Below are positions 51,621 through 64,000 of a stretch of DNA of 64,000 nt, piece after piece; position 1 is the stretch's first letter; each line of letters starts with the position of its first letter. The DNA is from Eledone cirrhosa (taxonomy: Eukaryota). The position numbers were made by a program, and so were the translations under genes. The DNA lies in NCBI GenBank assembly GCA_964016885.1, contig OZ024763.1, positions 16,430,001-16,494,000 of the forward strand, written 5' to 3'. The notes under the pieces were generated by a model. The model was not told where the DNA came from, ran no database searches, and worked only from the letters and a program-made list of their open reading frames with translations.

Positions 51621-54600
51621 GCACTTGAGTCAGTGTTGTTGTATGTATCAGAAACATGGACTTTGATACCAACACCTGAGTCTAGGGATCAGATACATGG
51701 TCCCTGATACACACACTTGAGTCAGTACTATTGTATGGATCAGGTACCTGAACCCTAACACAAGTACTTGAGTCAGTGTTGTTGTATGGATTAGGTACAT
51801 GAACCCTAACACAAGTACTTGAGTCAGTGTTGTTGTATGGATCAGGTATATGGACCCTAACACAAGTACTTGAGTCAGTGTTGTTGTATGGATTAGGTAC
51901 ATGAACCCTAACACAAGTACTTGAGTCAGTGTTGTTGTATGGATCAGGTACATGGACCCTAACACAAGTACTTGAGTCAGTGTTGTTGTATGGATTAGGT
52001 ACATGGACCCTAACACAAGTACTTGAGTCAGTGTTGTTGTATGGATCAGGTACATGGACCCTAACACAAGTACTTGAGTCAGTGTTGTTGTATGGATTAG
52101 GTATATGGACCCTAACACAAGTACTTGAGTCAGTGTTGTTGTATGGATTAGGTACATGGACCCTAACACAAGTACTTGAGTCAGTGTTGTTGTATGGATC
52201 AGGTATATGGACCCTAACACAAGTACTTGAGTCAGTGTTGTTGTATGGATCAGGTACATGGACCCTAACACAAGTACTTGAGTCAGTGTTGTTGTATGGA
52301 TTAGGTACATGGACCCTAACACAAGTACTTGAGTCAGTGTTGTTGTATGGATTAGGTATATGGACCCTAACACAAGTACTTGAGTCAGTGTTGTTATATG
52401 GATCATGTACATGGACCCTAACACAAGTACTTAAGTCAGTGTTGTTGTATGGATTAGGTATATGGACCCTAACACAAGTACTTGAGTCAGTGTTGTTGTA
52501 TGGATCAGGTACATGGACCCTAACACAAGTACTTGAGTCAGTGTTGTATGGATCAGGTACATGGACCATAACACAAGTACTTGAGTCAGTGTTGGTATAT
52601 GGACCCTAACACAAGTACTTGAGTCAGTGTTGTTGTATGGATTAGGTACATGAACCCTAACACAAGTACTTGAGTCAGTGTTGTTGTATGGATCAGGTAC
52701 ATGAACCCTAACACAAGTACTTGAGTCAGTGTTGTTGTATGGATTAGGTACATGAACCCTAACACAAGTACTTGAGTCAGTGTTGTTGTATAGATTAGGT
52801 ACATGAACCCTAACACAAGTACTTGAGTCAGTGTTGTTGTATGGATTAGGTACATGAACCCTAACACAAGTACTTGAGTCAGTGTTGTTGTATGGATCAG
52901 GTACATGGACCCTAACACAAGTACTTGAGTCAGTGTTGTATGGATCAGGTACATGGACCATAACACAAGTACTTGAGTCAGTGTTGGTATATGGACCCTA
53001 ACACAAGTACTTGAGTCAGTGTTGTTGTATGGATTAGGTACATGAACCCTAACACAAGTACTTGAGTCAGTGTTGTTGTATGGATCAGGTACATGAACCC
53101 TAACACAAGTACTTGAGTCAGTGTTGTTGTATGGATCAGGTACATGGACCCTAACACAAGTACTTGAGTCAGTGTTGTATGGATCAGGTACATGGACCAT
53201 AACACAAGTACTTGAGTCAGTGTTGGTATATGGACCCTAACACAAGTACTTGAGTCAGTGTTGTTGTATGGATCAGGTACATGGACCATAACACAAGTAC
53301 TTGAGTCAGTGTTGTTGTATGGATCAGGTACATGGACCATAACACAAGTACTTGAGTCAGTGTTGGTATATGGACCCTAACACAAGTACTTGAGTCAGTG
53401 TTGTTGTATGGATTAGGTACATGAATCCTAACACAAGTACTTGAGTCAGTGTTGGTATATGGACCCTAACACAAGTACTTGAGTCAGTGTTGTTGTATGG
53501 ATTAGGTACATGAACCCTAACACAAGTACTTGAGTCAGTGTTGTTGTATGGATCAGGTACATGGACCATAACACAAGTACTTGAGTCAGTGTTGGTATAT
53601 GGACCCGAACACAAGTACTTGAGTCAGTGTTGTTGTATGGATCAGGTACATGGACCATAACACAAGTACTTGAGTCAGTGTTGGTATATGGACCCTAACA
53701 CAAGTACTTGAGTCAGTGTTGTTGTATGGATTAGGTACATGAACCCTAACACAAGTACTTGAGTCAGTGTTGTTGTATGCATCAGGTACATGAACCCTAA
53801 CACAAGTACTTGAGTCAGTGTTGTTGTATGGATCAGGTATATGGACCCTAACACAAGTACTTGAGTCAGTGTTGTATGGATCAGGTACATGGACCATAAC
53901 ACAAGTACTTGAGTCAGTGTTGGTATATGGACCCCTAACACAAGTACTTGAGTCAGTGTTGTTGTATGGATTAGGTACATGAACCCTAACACAAGTACTT
54001 GAGTCAGTGTTGTTGTATGGATCAGGTATATGGACCCTAACACAAGTACTTGAGTCAGTGTTGTTGTATGGATCAGGTATATGGACCCTAACACAAGTAC
54101 TTGAGTCAGTGTTGTTGTATGGATCAGGTACCTGAACCCTAACACAAGTACTTGAGTCAGTGTTGTTGTATGGATCAGGTACATGGACCCTAACACAAGT
54201 ACTTGAGTCAGTGTTGTTGTATGGATCAGGTACATGGACCCTAACACAAGTACTTGAGTCAGTGTTGTATGGATCAGGTACATGGACCCTAACACAAGTA
54301 CTTGAGTCAGTGTTGTTGTATGGATCAGGTACATGGACCCTAACACAAGTACTTGAGTCAGTGTTGTTGTATGGATTAGGTACATGGAGCCTAACACAAG
54401 TACTTGAGTCAGTGTTGTATGGATCAGGGTACATGGACCCTAACACAAGTACTTGAGTCAGTGTTGTTGTATGGATCAGGTACATGGACCCTAACACAAG
54501 TACTTGAGTCAGTGTTGTTGTATGGATCAGGTACATGGACCCTAACACAAGTACTTGAGTCAGTGTTGTTGTATGGATCAGGTACATGGACCCTAACACA

Positions 54601-56015
54601 AGTACTTGAGTCAGTGTTGTTGTATGGATCAGGTACATGGACCCTAACACAAGTACTTGAGTCAGTGTTGTTGTATGGATCAGGTACATGGACCCTAACA
54701 CAAGTACTTGAGTCAGTGTTGTTGTATGGATCAGGTACATGGACCCTAACACAAGTACTTGAGTCAGTGTTGTTGTATGGATCAGGTACATGGACCCTAA
54801 CACAAGTACTTGAGTCAGTGTTGTTGTATGGATCAGGTACATGGACCCTAACACAAGTACTTGAGTCAGTGTTGTTGTATGGATCAGGTACATGGACCCT
54901 AACACAAGTACTTGAGTCAGTGTTGTTGTATGGATCAGGTATATGGACCCTAACACAAGTACTTGAGTCAGTGTTGTTGTATGGATCAGGTATATGGACC
55001 CTAACACAAGTACTTGACTCAGTGTTGTATGGATCAGGTACATGGACCCTAACACAAGTACTTGAGTCAGTGTTGTTGTATGGACCCTAACACAAGTACT
55101 TGAGTCAGTGTTGTTGTATGGATCAGGTACATGAACCCTAACACAAGTACTTGAGTCAGTGTTGTTGTATGGATCAGGTACATGAACCCTAACACAAGTA
55201 CTTGAGTCAGTGTTGTTGTATGGATCAGGTACATGAACCCTAACACAAGTACTTGAGTCAGTGTTGTTGTATGGACCCTAACACAAGTACTTGAGTCAGT
55301 GTTGTTGTATGGACCCTAACACAAGTACTTGAGTCAGTGTTGTTGTATGGATCAGGTACATGGACCCTAACACAAGTACTTGAGTCAGTGTTGTTGTATG
55401 GATCAGGTACATGGACCCTAACACAAGTACTTGAGTCAGTGTTGTTGTATGGATCAGGTACATGGACCCTAACACAAGTACTTGAGTCAGTGTTGTTGTA
55501 TGGACCCTAACACAAGTACTTGAGTCAGTGTTGTTGTATGGATTAGGTATATGGACCCTAACACAAGTACTTGAGTCAGTGTTGTTGTATGGATCAGGTA
55601 TATGGACCCTAACACAAGTACTTGAGTCAGTGTTGTTGTATGGATCAGGTACATGGACCCTAACACAAGTACTTGAGTCAGTGTTGTTGTATGGATCAGG
55701 TACATGGACCCTAACACAAGTACTTGAGTCAGTGTTGTTGTATGGACCCTAACACAAGTACTTGAGTCAGTGTTGTTGTATGGATCAGGTATATGGACCC
55801 TAACACAAGTACTTGAGTCAGTGTTGTTGTATGGATCAGGTATATGGACCCTAACACAAGTACTTGAGTCAGTGTTGTTGTATGGATCAGGTACATGGAC
55901 CCTAACACAAGTACTTGAGTCAGTGTTGTTGTATGGATCAGGTACATGGACCCTGATACACACACTTGAGTCAGTGTTGTATGGATCAGGTACTTGGACT
56001 CTGACACAAGCACTT
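51620..56015. repeat. 51-bp minisatellite (roughly 85-90 units, with shorter variants)
   Basis: CAAGTACTTGAGTCAGTGTTGTTGTATGGATCAGGTACATGGACCCTAACA head to tail. Confidence 0.98.
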
Positions 56016-56039
56016 TAGAATAAACTAGATGGTCTATAT

Positions 56040-56440
56040 TGTAAAATAGTTAGGATTGTACAAAACAAACTGGAATCTATGTGTTACAAATGAAACTTTA
56101 TAGAGAAACTTGCCCAAGATAACAATCACAATTGCTCAAAGATGGTTGCAATTTGCAGGACATTGCTGGAGAAGTAAGCTGGAAGTTATATACAAGTTAC
56201 TATTGTAGGAACCAACTCACTGGAGACACAGTAGAGGAAGACCTGCTTGAACCTTCATTGAAACTCAGGGAGTTATACACAATTTACTATTGTAGGAACC
56301 AACTGACGGGAGACACAGTAGAGGAAGACCTGCTTGAACCTTTATTAATCAACTTTTAGACGATACAAACCTCAGAAAGGAACAGTTGCCAGGAGCAATG
56401 GAAAATCGTGAATTGTAGGGAATATTTAACTGTGGTTGCA
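56040..56440 (+). pseudogene. Decayed LINE ORF C-terminus with ~86-bp internal duplication
   Basis: NLPKITITIAQRWLQFAGHCWRSKLEVIYKLLL*EPTHWRHSRGRPA; 56184-56260 repeated at 56270-56346. Confidence 0.7.
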
Positions 56441-56607
56441 TTGAATATGATGAACACAGCATATGAAAGCATAAAACTGAACTTTAAAAATCCATGCAAA
56501 CTCTGCACCACGGAAATATACACAATCCTATTATCTAGATTAAAATTCTTCAATAGATATTCTGAATATATGGGAACCATTAAACCTATTAAATTAATAT
56601 GTAAAAT

Positions 56608-56904
56608 CTCTCACCCCCCCCCCCCCCCCTCTCTCTCTCTCTCTCCCCCTCTCTCTCCCTCTCCCCCTCTCTCTCTCCTCTCCCCCCTCTCTCTCTCCCC
56701 CCTCTCCCCCCTCTCTCTCTCTCCCTCTCTCTCCCCCCCCCTCTCTCCCTCCCCCTCTCACTCCCCTCTCTCTCTCTCCCTCCCCCCCCACTCTCTCTCT
56801 CCTTTCTCTCTCTCCCTCTCTCCCCCCTCTCTCTCACACTCTCCCCCTATCTCTCTCACTCTCCCCCTCCCCTATCTCTCTCACTCTCCCCCTCTCTCTC
56901 CTCC

Positions 56905-57000
<96 letters not shown>
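56608..57000. repeat. (CT)n/poly-C polypyrimidine tract
   Basis: Direct reading. Confidence 0.95.
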
Positions 57001-57003
<3 letters not shown>

Positions 57004-57222
57004 TGTTATACTTTGGGAGGGTCATGCTGGCAATAAAAACACATGCACCTGTTGGCTTTTCACTTCAATTTATTGTAAATTTCCAGTTGGTTGATTGGTT
57101 CGATAGCCAGGAGGTTGTTTGTATATTGTTAAAGCTCTTTCGTCACACATTCTGTGGCCGCCTCAGTATAAAAATATCTGTTTCAACACATATTTTTAGA
57201 TAAGAAATCTCGCAAAACAAAT
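57001..57222. mobile_element. Family B copy with degenerate hammerhead (57128-57170, -)
   Basis: Matches 3424-3615 and 4031-4075; core reads CTGAGGC..GAAA gagc TT. Confidence 0.7.
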
Positions 57223-57437
57223 TAAAAAACGAATTATATATATATATATACACATATACGTATATATATTTTCGTAGAATATGTATTTAAAGTTCCATAC
57301 ATTCAAACATTAATTGAATGTGTACTCAATACTGAAAGGTAAGGTGGCATAAATTTATTTTTTAAGTAGGAAAGTGGTAATGACATCGAAGTTGCAGCTT
57401 ACTTTCTTTATATATATATATATATGTATATATATTT

Positions 57438-57666
57438 AAAAGTTAAACAAGGTTCAATGAATACATCAAAGAATGAGTTTTACAATAGTTTGGAAGCACT
57501 CAACAGCAAAGAGGTTTTCCAGAGTTATTAATATTAATTCAAAATATTAACAAAATAGATATTCTGATGAGGACGTACTGTTGAACTTAACTCAGTACCT
57601 CTGAAATAAGTATAATAAAATATACTTGATCACAAGAATATCTATTTTGTTAATATTTTGAATTAA

Positions 57667-57668
<2 letters not shown>
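57438..57668. mobile_element. Family H fold-back element with hammerhead core at 57564-57614 (+)
   Basis: 57533-57565 is the inverse of 57636-57668; CTGATGA ggacgtactg..cagtacctct GAAA; tail shared with 17877-17992. Confidence 0.7.
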
Positions 57669-57707
<39 letters not shown>

Positions 57708-57708
57708 A

Positions 57709-57747
<39 letters not shown>

Positions 57748-57748
57748 A

Positions 57749-57787
<39 letters not shown>

Positions 57788-57939
57788 ATATATGTATATA
57801 TATATGTATATATATATATATTTGTATATATGTATATATATATGTATATATATATATATTTGTATATATGTATATATATATGTATATATATATATATTTG
57901 TATATATGTATATATATATACATATATATATATATGTAC

Positions 57940-58005
<66 letters not shown>

Positions 58006-58068
58006 TTGTATATATGTATATATATATACATATATATATATGTATATATATATATATTTGTATATATG

Positions 58069-58137
<69 letters not shown>

Positions 58138-58212
58138 TTGTATATATGTATATATATATGTATATATATATATATTTGTATATATGTATATATATATATA
58201 TATATATATTTG

Positions 58213-58246
<34 letters not shown>

Positions 58247-58279
58247 TTTGTATATATTATATATATATATATATTTGTA

Positions 58280-58312
<33 letters not shown>

Positions 58313-58330
58313 TTGTATATATGTATATAC

Positions 58331-58365
<35 letters not shown>

Positions 58366-58831
58366 TATTTGTATATATGTATATATATATACATATATAT
58401 ATATATTTGTATATATACATATATATATATATATATACATATATATATACATATATATACATATGTGTGTGTATGTACCTATACAACAGGTAAAATATAA
58501 TTTATTCAAGTACTTACACTCATTTACATTCATACATTTATACATACATATAAATGTATATACATGCGTGTATAAGTCTATCAACATATTTTTTGTCTGT
58601 TCTTCATGACTGATGTATAGAAATCTATGTAAGAGATAGCTGTATACATACTAAAGATTATGTATATATATATATTTACATATATTTACACACGTATATA
58701 CACACAAATGTAGATGTGTGTGTGGGAGCCTATGTGTATGCGTGCATGATTATACATACATAAATACATATATACACAAATCTTACATATATATATATTC
58801 ATATATATATATATATATATATACACGCACA

Positions 58832-58874
<43 letters not shown>

Positions 58875-58938
58875 TTGTTATTTCTGTTTAGTTTTTACAT
58901 ACATAGATATATAGATATATATATATGTACATACATAC

Positions 58939-58978
<40 letters not shown>

Positions 58979-59381
58979 ATATATGTATATATATGTATAT
59001 GTGTATATAAATATATATGTATATATGTGTATATATGTATATATATATATGTGTGTGTATATATGTATATATATATATATATGTATATGTGTGTATATAT
59101 GTATATATATATATATGTGTGTATATATGTATATATATATATATGTATAGATATATATATGTGTATGTATGTATAGATATATATATGTATATATATGTAC
59201 ATATATCTATATATATGTGTATATATATATGTATATATATATAGATGTATACATATATTTATGTATATATATGTATATATATATAGATGTATACATATAT
59301 ATATGTATATATATATATATATATGTATATACATATATATGTATATATATATGTATATATATATGTATATACATATATATG

Positions 59382-59412
<31 letters not shown>

Positions 59413-59931
59413 GTATATATGTATATATGTATATATATATATATATGTATATATGTATATATATATATATGTATATATATATATGTATATACATATATAT
59501 GTATATATATATATGTATATACATATATATGTATATATATATGTATATATATATATATGTATATGAATATATATATATGTATATAAATGTACAGATATAT
59601 ATGTATATAAATGTACATATATATATGTATATAAATGTATATATATGTACATATATATATAATTGTATATATATGTACATATATATATATATGTATATAT
59701 ATGTACATATATATATATATACATATATATGTCTATATCTATATATACATATACATATATATATATATATATGTGTGTGTGTGGGTATGTATATATGTGA
59801 GTGTGTTTATGTACGTATGTTTCATCTTTTCACTAAAATTTCTCAAGAACTGTCTAGAATCTTTAAGAGATGATCATACTTAGACTGGAGAAAGAAATCA
59901 ATATTTGCTAGAATGTTTTTTTCTCCATTTC

Positions 59932-60009
<78 letters not shown>

Positions 60010-60058
60010 TATAAATATACACTTATTTTTTACTGTCTCCTTATATATATATAGTGTG

Positions 60059-60100
<42 letters not shown>

Positions 60101-60131
60101 AAACAGAAAAAAATGTGTGTATGTATATGTG

Positions 60132-60162
<31 letters not shown>

Positions 60163-60200
60163 GAGGAAATGTATTTAACACACACTATATATATATATAT
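57669..60200. repeat. (TA/TATG)n microsatellite region
   Basis: Direct reading. Confidence 0.95.
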
Positions 60201-60207
60201 ATATATA

Positions 60208-60412
60208 TAACGAAGGAAATGTGGTAAGGAACCAGGTGGACCATAACGCACCAAAGTACTCAATACTTAGGGTAGTAGAGTGGGTAATAGGAACAAGCAG
60301 GACCCCGACGGCTGAGCTCAAGCCGTTTCGACGGCTAATTCTGGACTAAAATTAGTCCAGAATTAGCCGTCGAAACGTCTTGAGCTCAGCCGTCGGGGTC
60401 CTACTCGTTCCT
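60208..60412. mobile_element. Family F fold-back element (3' half of hammerhead on both arms)
   Basis: Palindrome 60287-60414 centred at 60350-60351; GAAA cggct tgagctc agccg TC ggggtc. Confidence 0.7.
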
Positions 60413-60534
60413 ATATATATATATATTATATTTTTTTTTTGTTCGTGTCCTTAAACATATATATATATATATACATACACATATATATATTTTTCTGTTT
60501 CATTATATATATATATATAGTTTTTTTTTTGTTT

Positions 60535-60574
<40 letters not shown>

Positions 60575-60618
60575 AAATGTATATATATATGTATAAATGT
60601 ATATATATATGTATAAAT

Positions 60619-60702
<84 letters not shown>

Positions 60703-60715
60703 GTATATATATATG

Positions 60716-60748
<33 letters not shown>

Positions 60749-60759
60749 GTATATATATG

Positions 60760-60854
<95 letters not shown>

Positions 60855-61030
60855 GTATAAATGTATATATATATATCTTGTTTCTCTGCTCTCTATTGTG
60901 GATTGTTTGTGTTTATATTGTAAGGCTATATAATATAGACTTGTAGACTAAAATAAAATGAGTTCACCTTCTTCTATGGACATATGAGCATCTCTCTCTG
61001 TCTCTCTTTATATATATATCTATATGTTAG

Positions 61031-61061
<31 letters not shown>

Positions 61062-61192
61062 GTGTGCGTGTGTATATATATATATATATATATACATAGA
61101 TATATATATGTGTGTGTGTGTATAGATATGTTTGTGTGTGCATATATATATATAGATATATATATTTATATATATATGTATATATATATATG

Positions 61193-61237
<45 letters not shown>

Positions 61238-61266
61238 GTATATATATATATGTATATATATATATG

Positions 61267-61297
<31 letters not shown>

Positions 61298-61310
61298 GTA
61301 TATATATATG

Positions 61311-61343
<33 letters not shown>

Positions 61344-61384
61344 GTATATATATATGTATATATATATATATGTATATATATATG

Positions 61385-61417
<33 letters not shown>

Positions 61418-61915
61418 GTATATATATATGTATGTATATATATATGTATGTATATATGTATATATATATATATGTATATATATATGTATGTATATATGTA
61501 TATATATATATATATGTATATGTATATATATGTATATATGTATAGATATAGATATTTATATATATATATGTGTGTGTATAGATATGTTTGTGTGTGCATA
61601 TATATATGTATATATATATATATATATATGTGCGTGTGTATATATATATATATACATAGATATATATATATATATATATGTGTGTGTGTATAGACATGTT
61701 TGTGTGTGCCTATATATATATATGTATATATATATATATGTGTGCCTGTGTATATATATATATATACATAGATATATATACTTATATATATATGTCTGTG
61801 TATAGATATGATTGTGTGTGCATATATATATATATATGTATATATATGTGTGTGTATAGATATGTGTGTGTGCATATATATATATATATGTGTGTGTGTG
61901 ACCTTCCCCAAATAT

Positions 61916-61958
<43 letters not shown>

Positions 61959-62125
61959 CACACTTATGTGTGAGTGGGGGGCTGTATGAGCACTTGTGTT
62001 TGAGCATTTGTGTACGTTTGTTTGTATATATGCATGTGTCAGTGTGTGTGTGTATGTATATACACACACACACACACACAGATATATACACCCTCACACA
62101 CCTATATGAGAGGGTGTATATATAC
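60413..62125. repeat. (TA/TG)n microsatellite region
   Basis: Direct reading. Confidence 0.93.
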
Positions 62126-62177
62126 ATTTGAATTTACAAACAAGTGTAAGATGTCCTCAAAACAGAAGTATTAATCT

Positions 62178-63060
62178 AAACACCACTACCACCACTACAA
62201 CAGCAGCAACACTACCACTACAACAGCAGCAACACTGCCACTACTACAACAACACTACCACTACAACAACAACCACACTACCACTATTACCACTACAACA
62301 ACAACACTACCACTATTACCACTACAACAACAACACTACCACTATTACCACAACAACAATACCACCACTACAACAACAACACTACCACTATTACCACTAC
62401 AACAACAACACCATCACTACAACAACAACACTACCACTATTACCACTACAACAATACCACCACTACAACAACAACACTACCACTATTACCACTACAACAA
62501 CAACACTACCACTATTACCACAACAACAATACCACCACTACAACAACAACACTACCACTATTACCACTACAACAACAACACCATCACTACAACAACCACA
62601 CTACCACTATTGCCACTACACTACCACTACAACAACAACAACACTACCACTACTACCACTACAACACTACCACTACGACAACAACAACACTACCACTACT
62701 ACCACTACTACCACTACAACAACAACAACACTATTACCACTACAACAACAACACTACCACTACAACAACAACACTACCACTACAACACTACCACTACTAC
62801 CACTACAACAACACTACCACCACCAACAACACCACTCCCACCGCCACCAACAACAACACCACTCCCACCGCCACCAACAACAACACTAACACCAACAACA
62901 ACACTACCACCAACACCAACAACAATACCACCACCACTCACTGCCACCAACACCTACAACTGTACCGCCACCAACACCTACAACACTACCACCACCTACA
63001 ACACCAACACCACCAACAACACCACTACTACCACCACTACCAACAACAACACCACTACCC
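62178..63060. repeat. (ACA/ACC/ACT)n low-complexity tract
   Basis: Direct reading. Confidence 0.93.
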
Positions 63061-63309
63061 TCCCAAATACCCACCCATGGGCCAATGTGTGTATATATAT
63101 ATACATATATTGAAAGTGTGAAGAATAACATGGCCAACAGGTACAAAAAAGTGTTTTATTTACAGTATTAACAATTGTTTCACTGATTAAGTTGTCTAAA
63201 AATTGCTGAACACTTGCAGCTGTGCCACTCAATTTTAAACACGTTGTTAGCTTAACCAGATCATCAGAGAAACTGTTAAAATATGTTCAGTTTACGAATT
63301 TGAATTCCT

Positions 63310-64000
63310 CTCCCTTCTAAATCTCCTGTTTCTACAGGGTTTCAAGTCCCTACCAAATCTCCTGCCACTGCAGAATCTTTTGTATCTTTTCTAAATCACC
63401 TGTTTCTGCAGGGTTTCCAGTTCATGTAGTGTCTCTAGTCCCTACTAAATCTCCTGTTCATGTAGGGTCTCTAGTCCCTACTAAATCTCCTGTTCATGTA
63501 GGGTCTCTAGTCCCTTCTAAATCTCCAGTTCATGTAGGGTCTCTAGTCCCTTCTAAATGTCCAGTTTCAGCAGGGTCTCTAACCCCTTCTAAATGTCCAG
63601 TCCTAACTAAACCTCCTATCCCTTCTAAACCTCCTGTCCCTTCTAAATCTTGTGTTTCTCTAGGGTCTCTTGTCAATTTTAAGTCTCCTGTTTCTGCAGG
63701 GTTTCTAGTCCTTTTTAAACTTTCACCCACTTCTAAACCTCCAGCTCCTGAAAAGTGTCCTGTTTCTGTAGGGTCGCTAGATCCTTCTAAATCTCCTCTC
63801 CCTGTAGAGTCTCTTGCTCCTTCTAAATCTCTTCTCTCCCTTCTAAATCTCCTTTCCCTAGGGTTTCTAGATCCTTCTAAATCTCCTCTCCTTACAAGGT
63901 CTCTTGTGCCCCCTAAACCTCCTCTCCCTACAAAGTCTTAGATCCTTCTAAATCTCTGCTCCCTACAGGTTCTCTAGTCCCTTCTAAATCTCCTCCCCCT
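63310..64000. repeat. Degenerate ~36-bp tandem repeat (CCTTCTAAATCTCCTGTTTCTGTAGGGTCTCTAGTC)
   Basis: Recurring TCTAAATCTCC motif; runs off the window end. Confidence 0.85.

Noticed and set aside
51648-56018. ORFs with 17-aa repeats
   Set aside because: Consequence of a 51-bp unit; frequent frameshifting variants and open frames on both strands.
63310-64000. Possible repetitive coding exon (PSKSPV.. or GDLEGTRDP..)
   Set aside because: The minus frame has TGA/TAG stops and a frameshift; the plus ORF lacks ATG or splice support. Not fully excluded because it runs off the window.

Overview
AT-rich, microsatellite-saturated animal DNA with one 200-N gap (46681-46880). The repeat content suggests a mollusc, probably an octopus; this is inference. 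I recognise no host protein-coding gene, and almost all ORFs in the track are translations of simple repeats. Identifiable content: a 5'-truncated RTE LINE with an open ORF (partial APE, RT, PHD-like finger); further RTE, Expander-like, R4/Dong-like and CRE-like remnants; three tRNA-derived SINE families; bipartite non-autonomous RTE derivatives; a piggyBac-type MITE family; a small non-autonomous LTR element; and several minisatellites grown from TE segments. The main signal is about ten unrelated families of short elements embedded in (TA)n tracts. Most are head-to-head fold-backs with one long-tailed arm and one short arm, and most carry a type I hammerhead ribozyme (stem I-CUGANGA-stem II-GAAA-short palindromic stem III-UH-stem I). 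One copy keeps the C-terminus of a GIY-YIG endonuclease, linking them to Penelope-like retroelements (possibly the (AT)n-targeting Naiad type). All folds were derived by eye and none has been tested.
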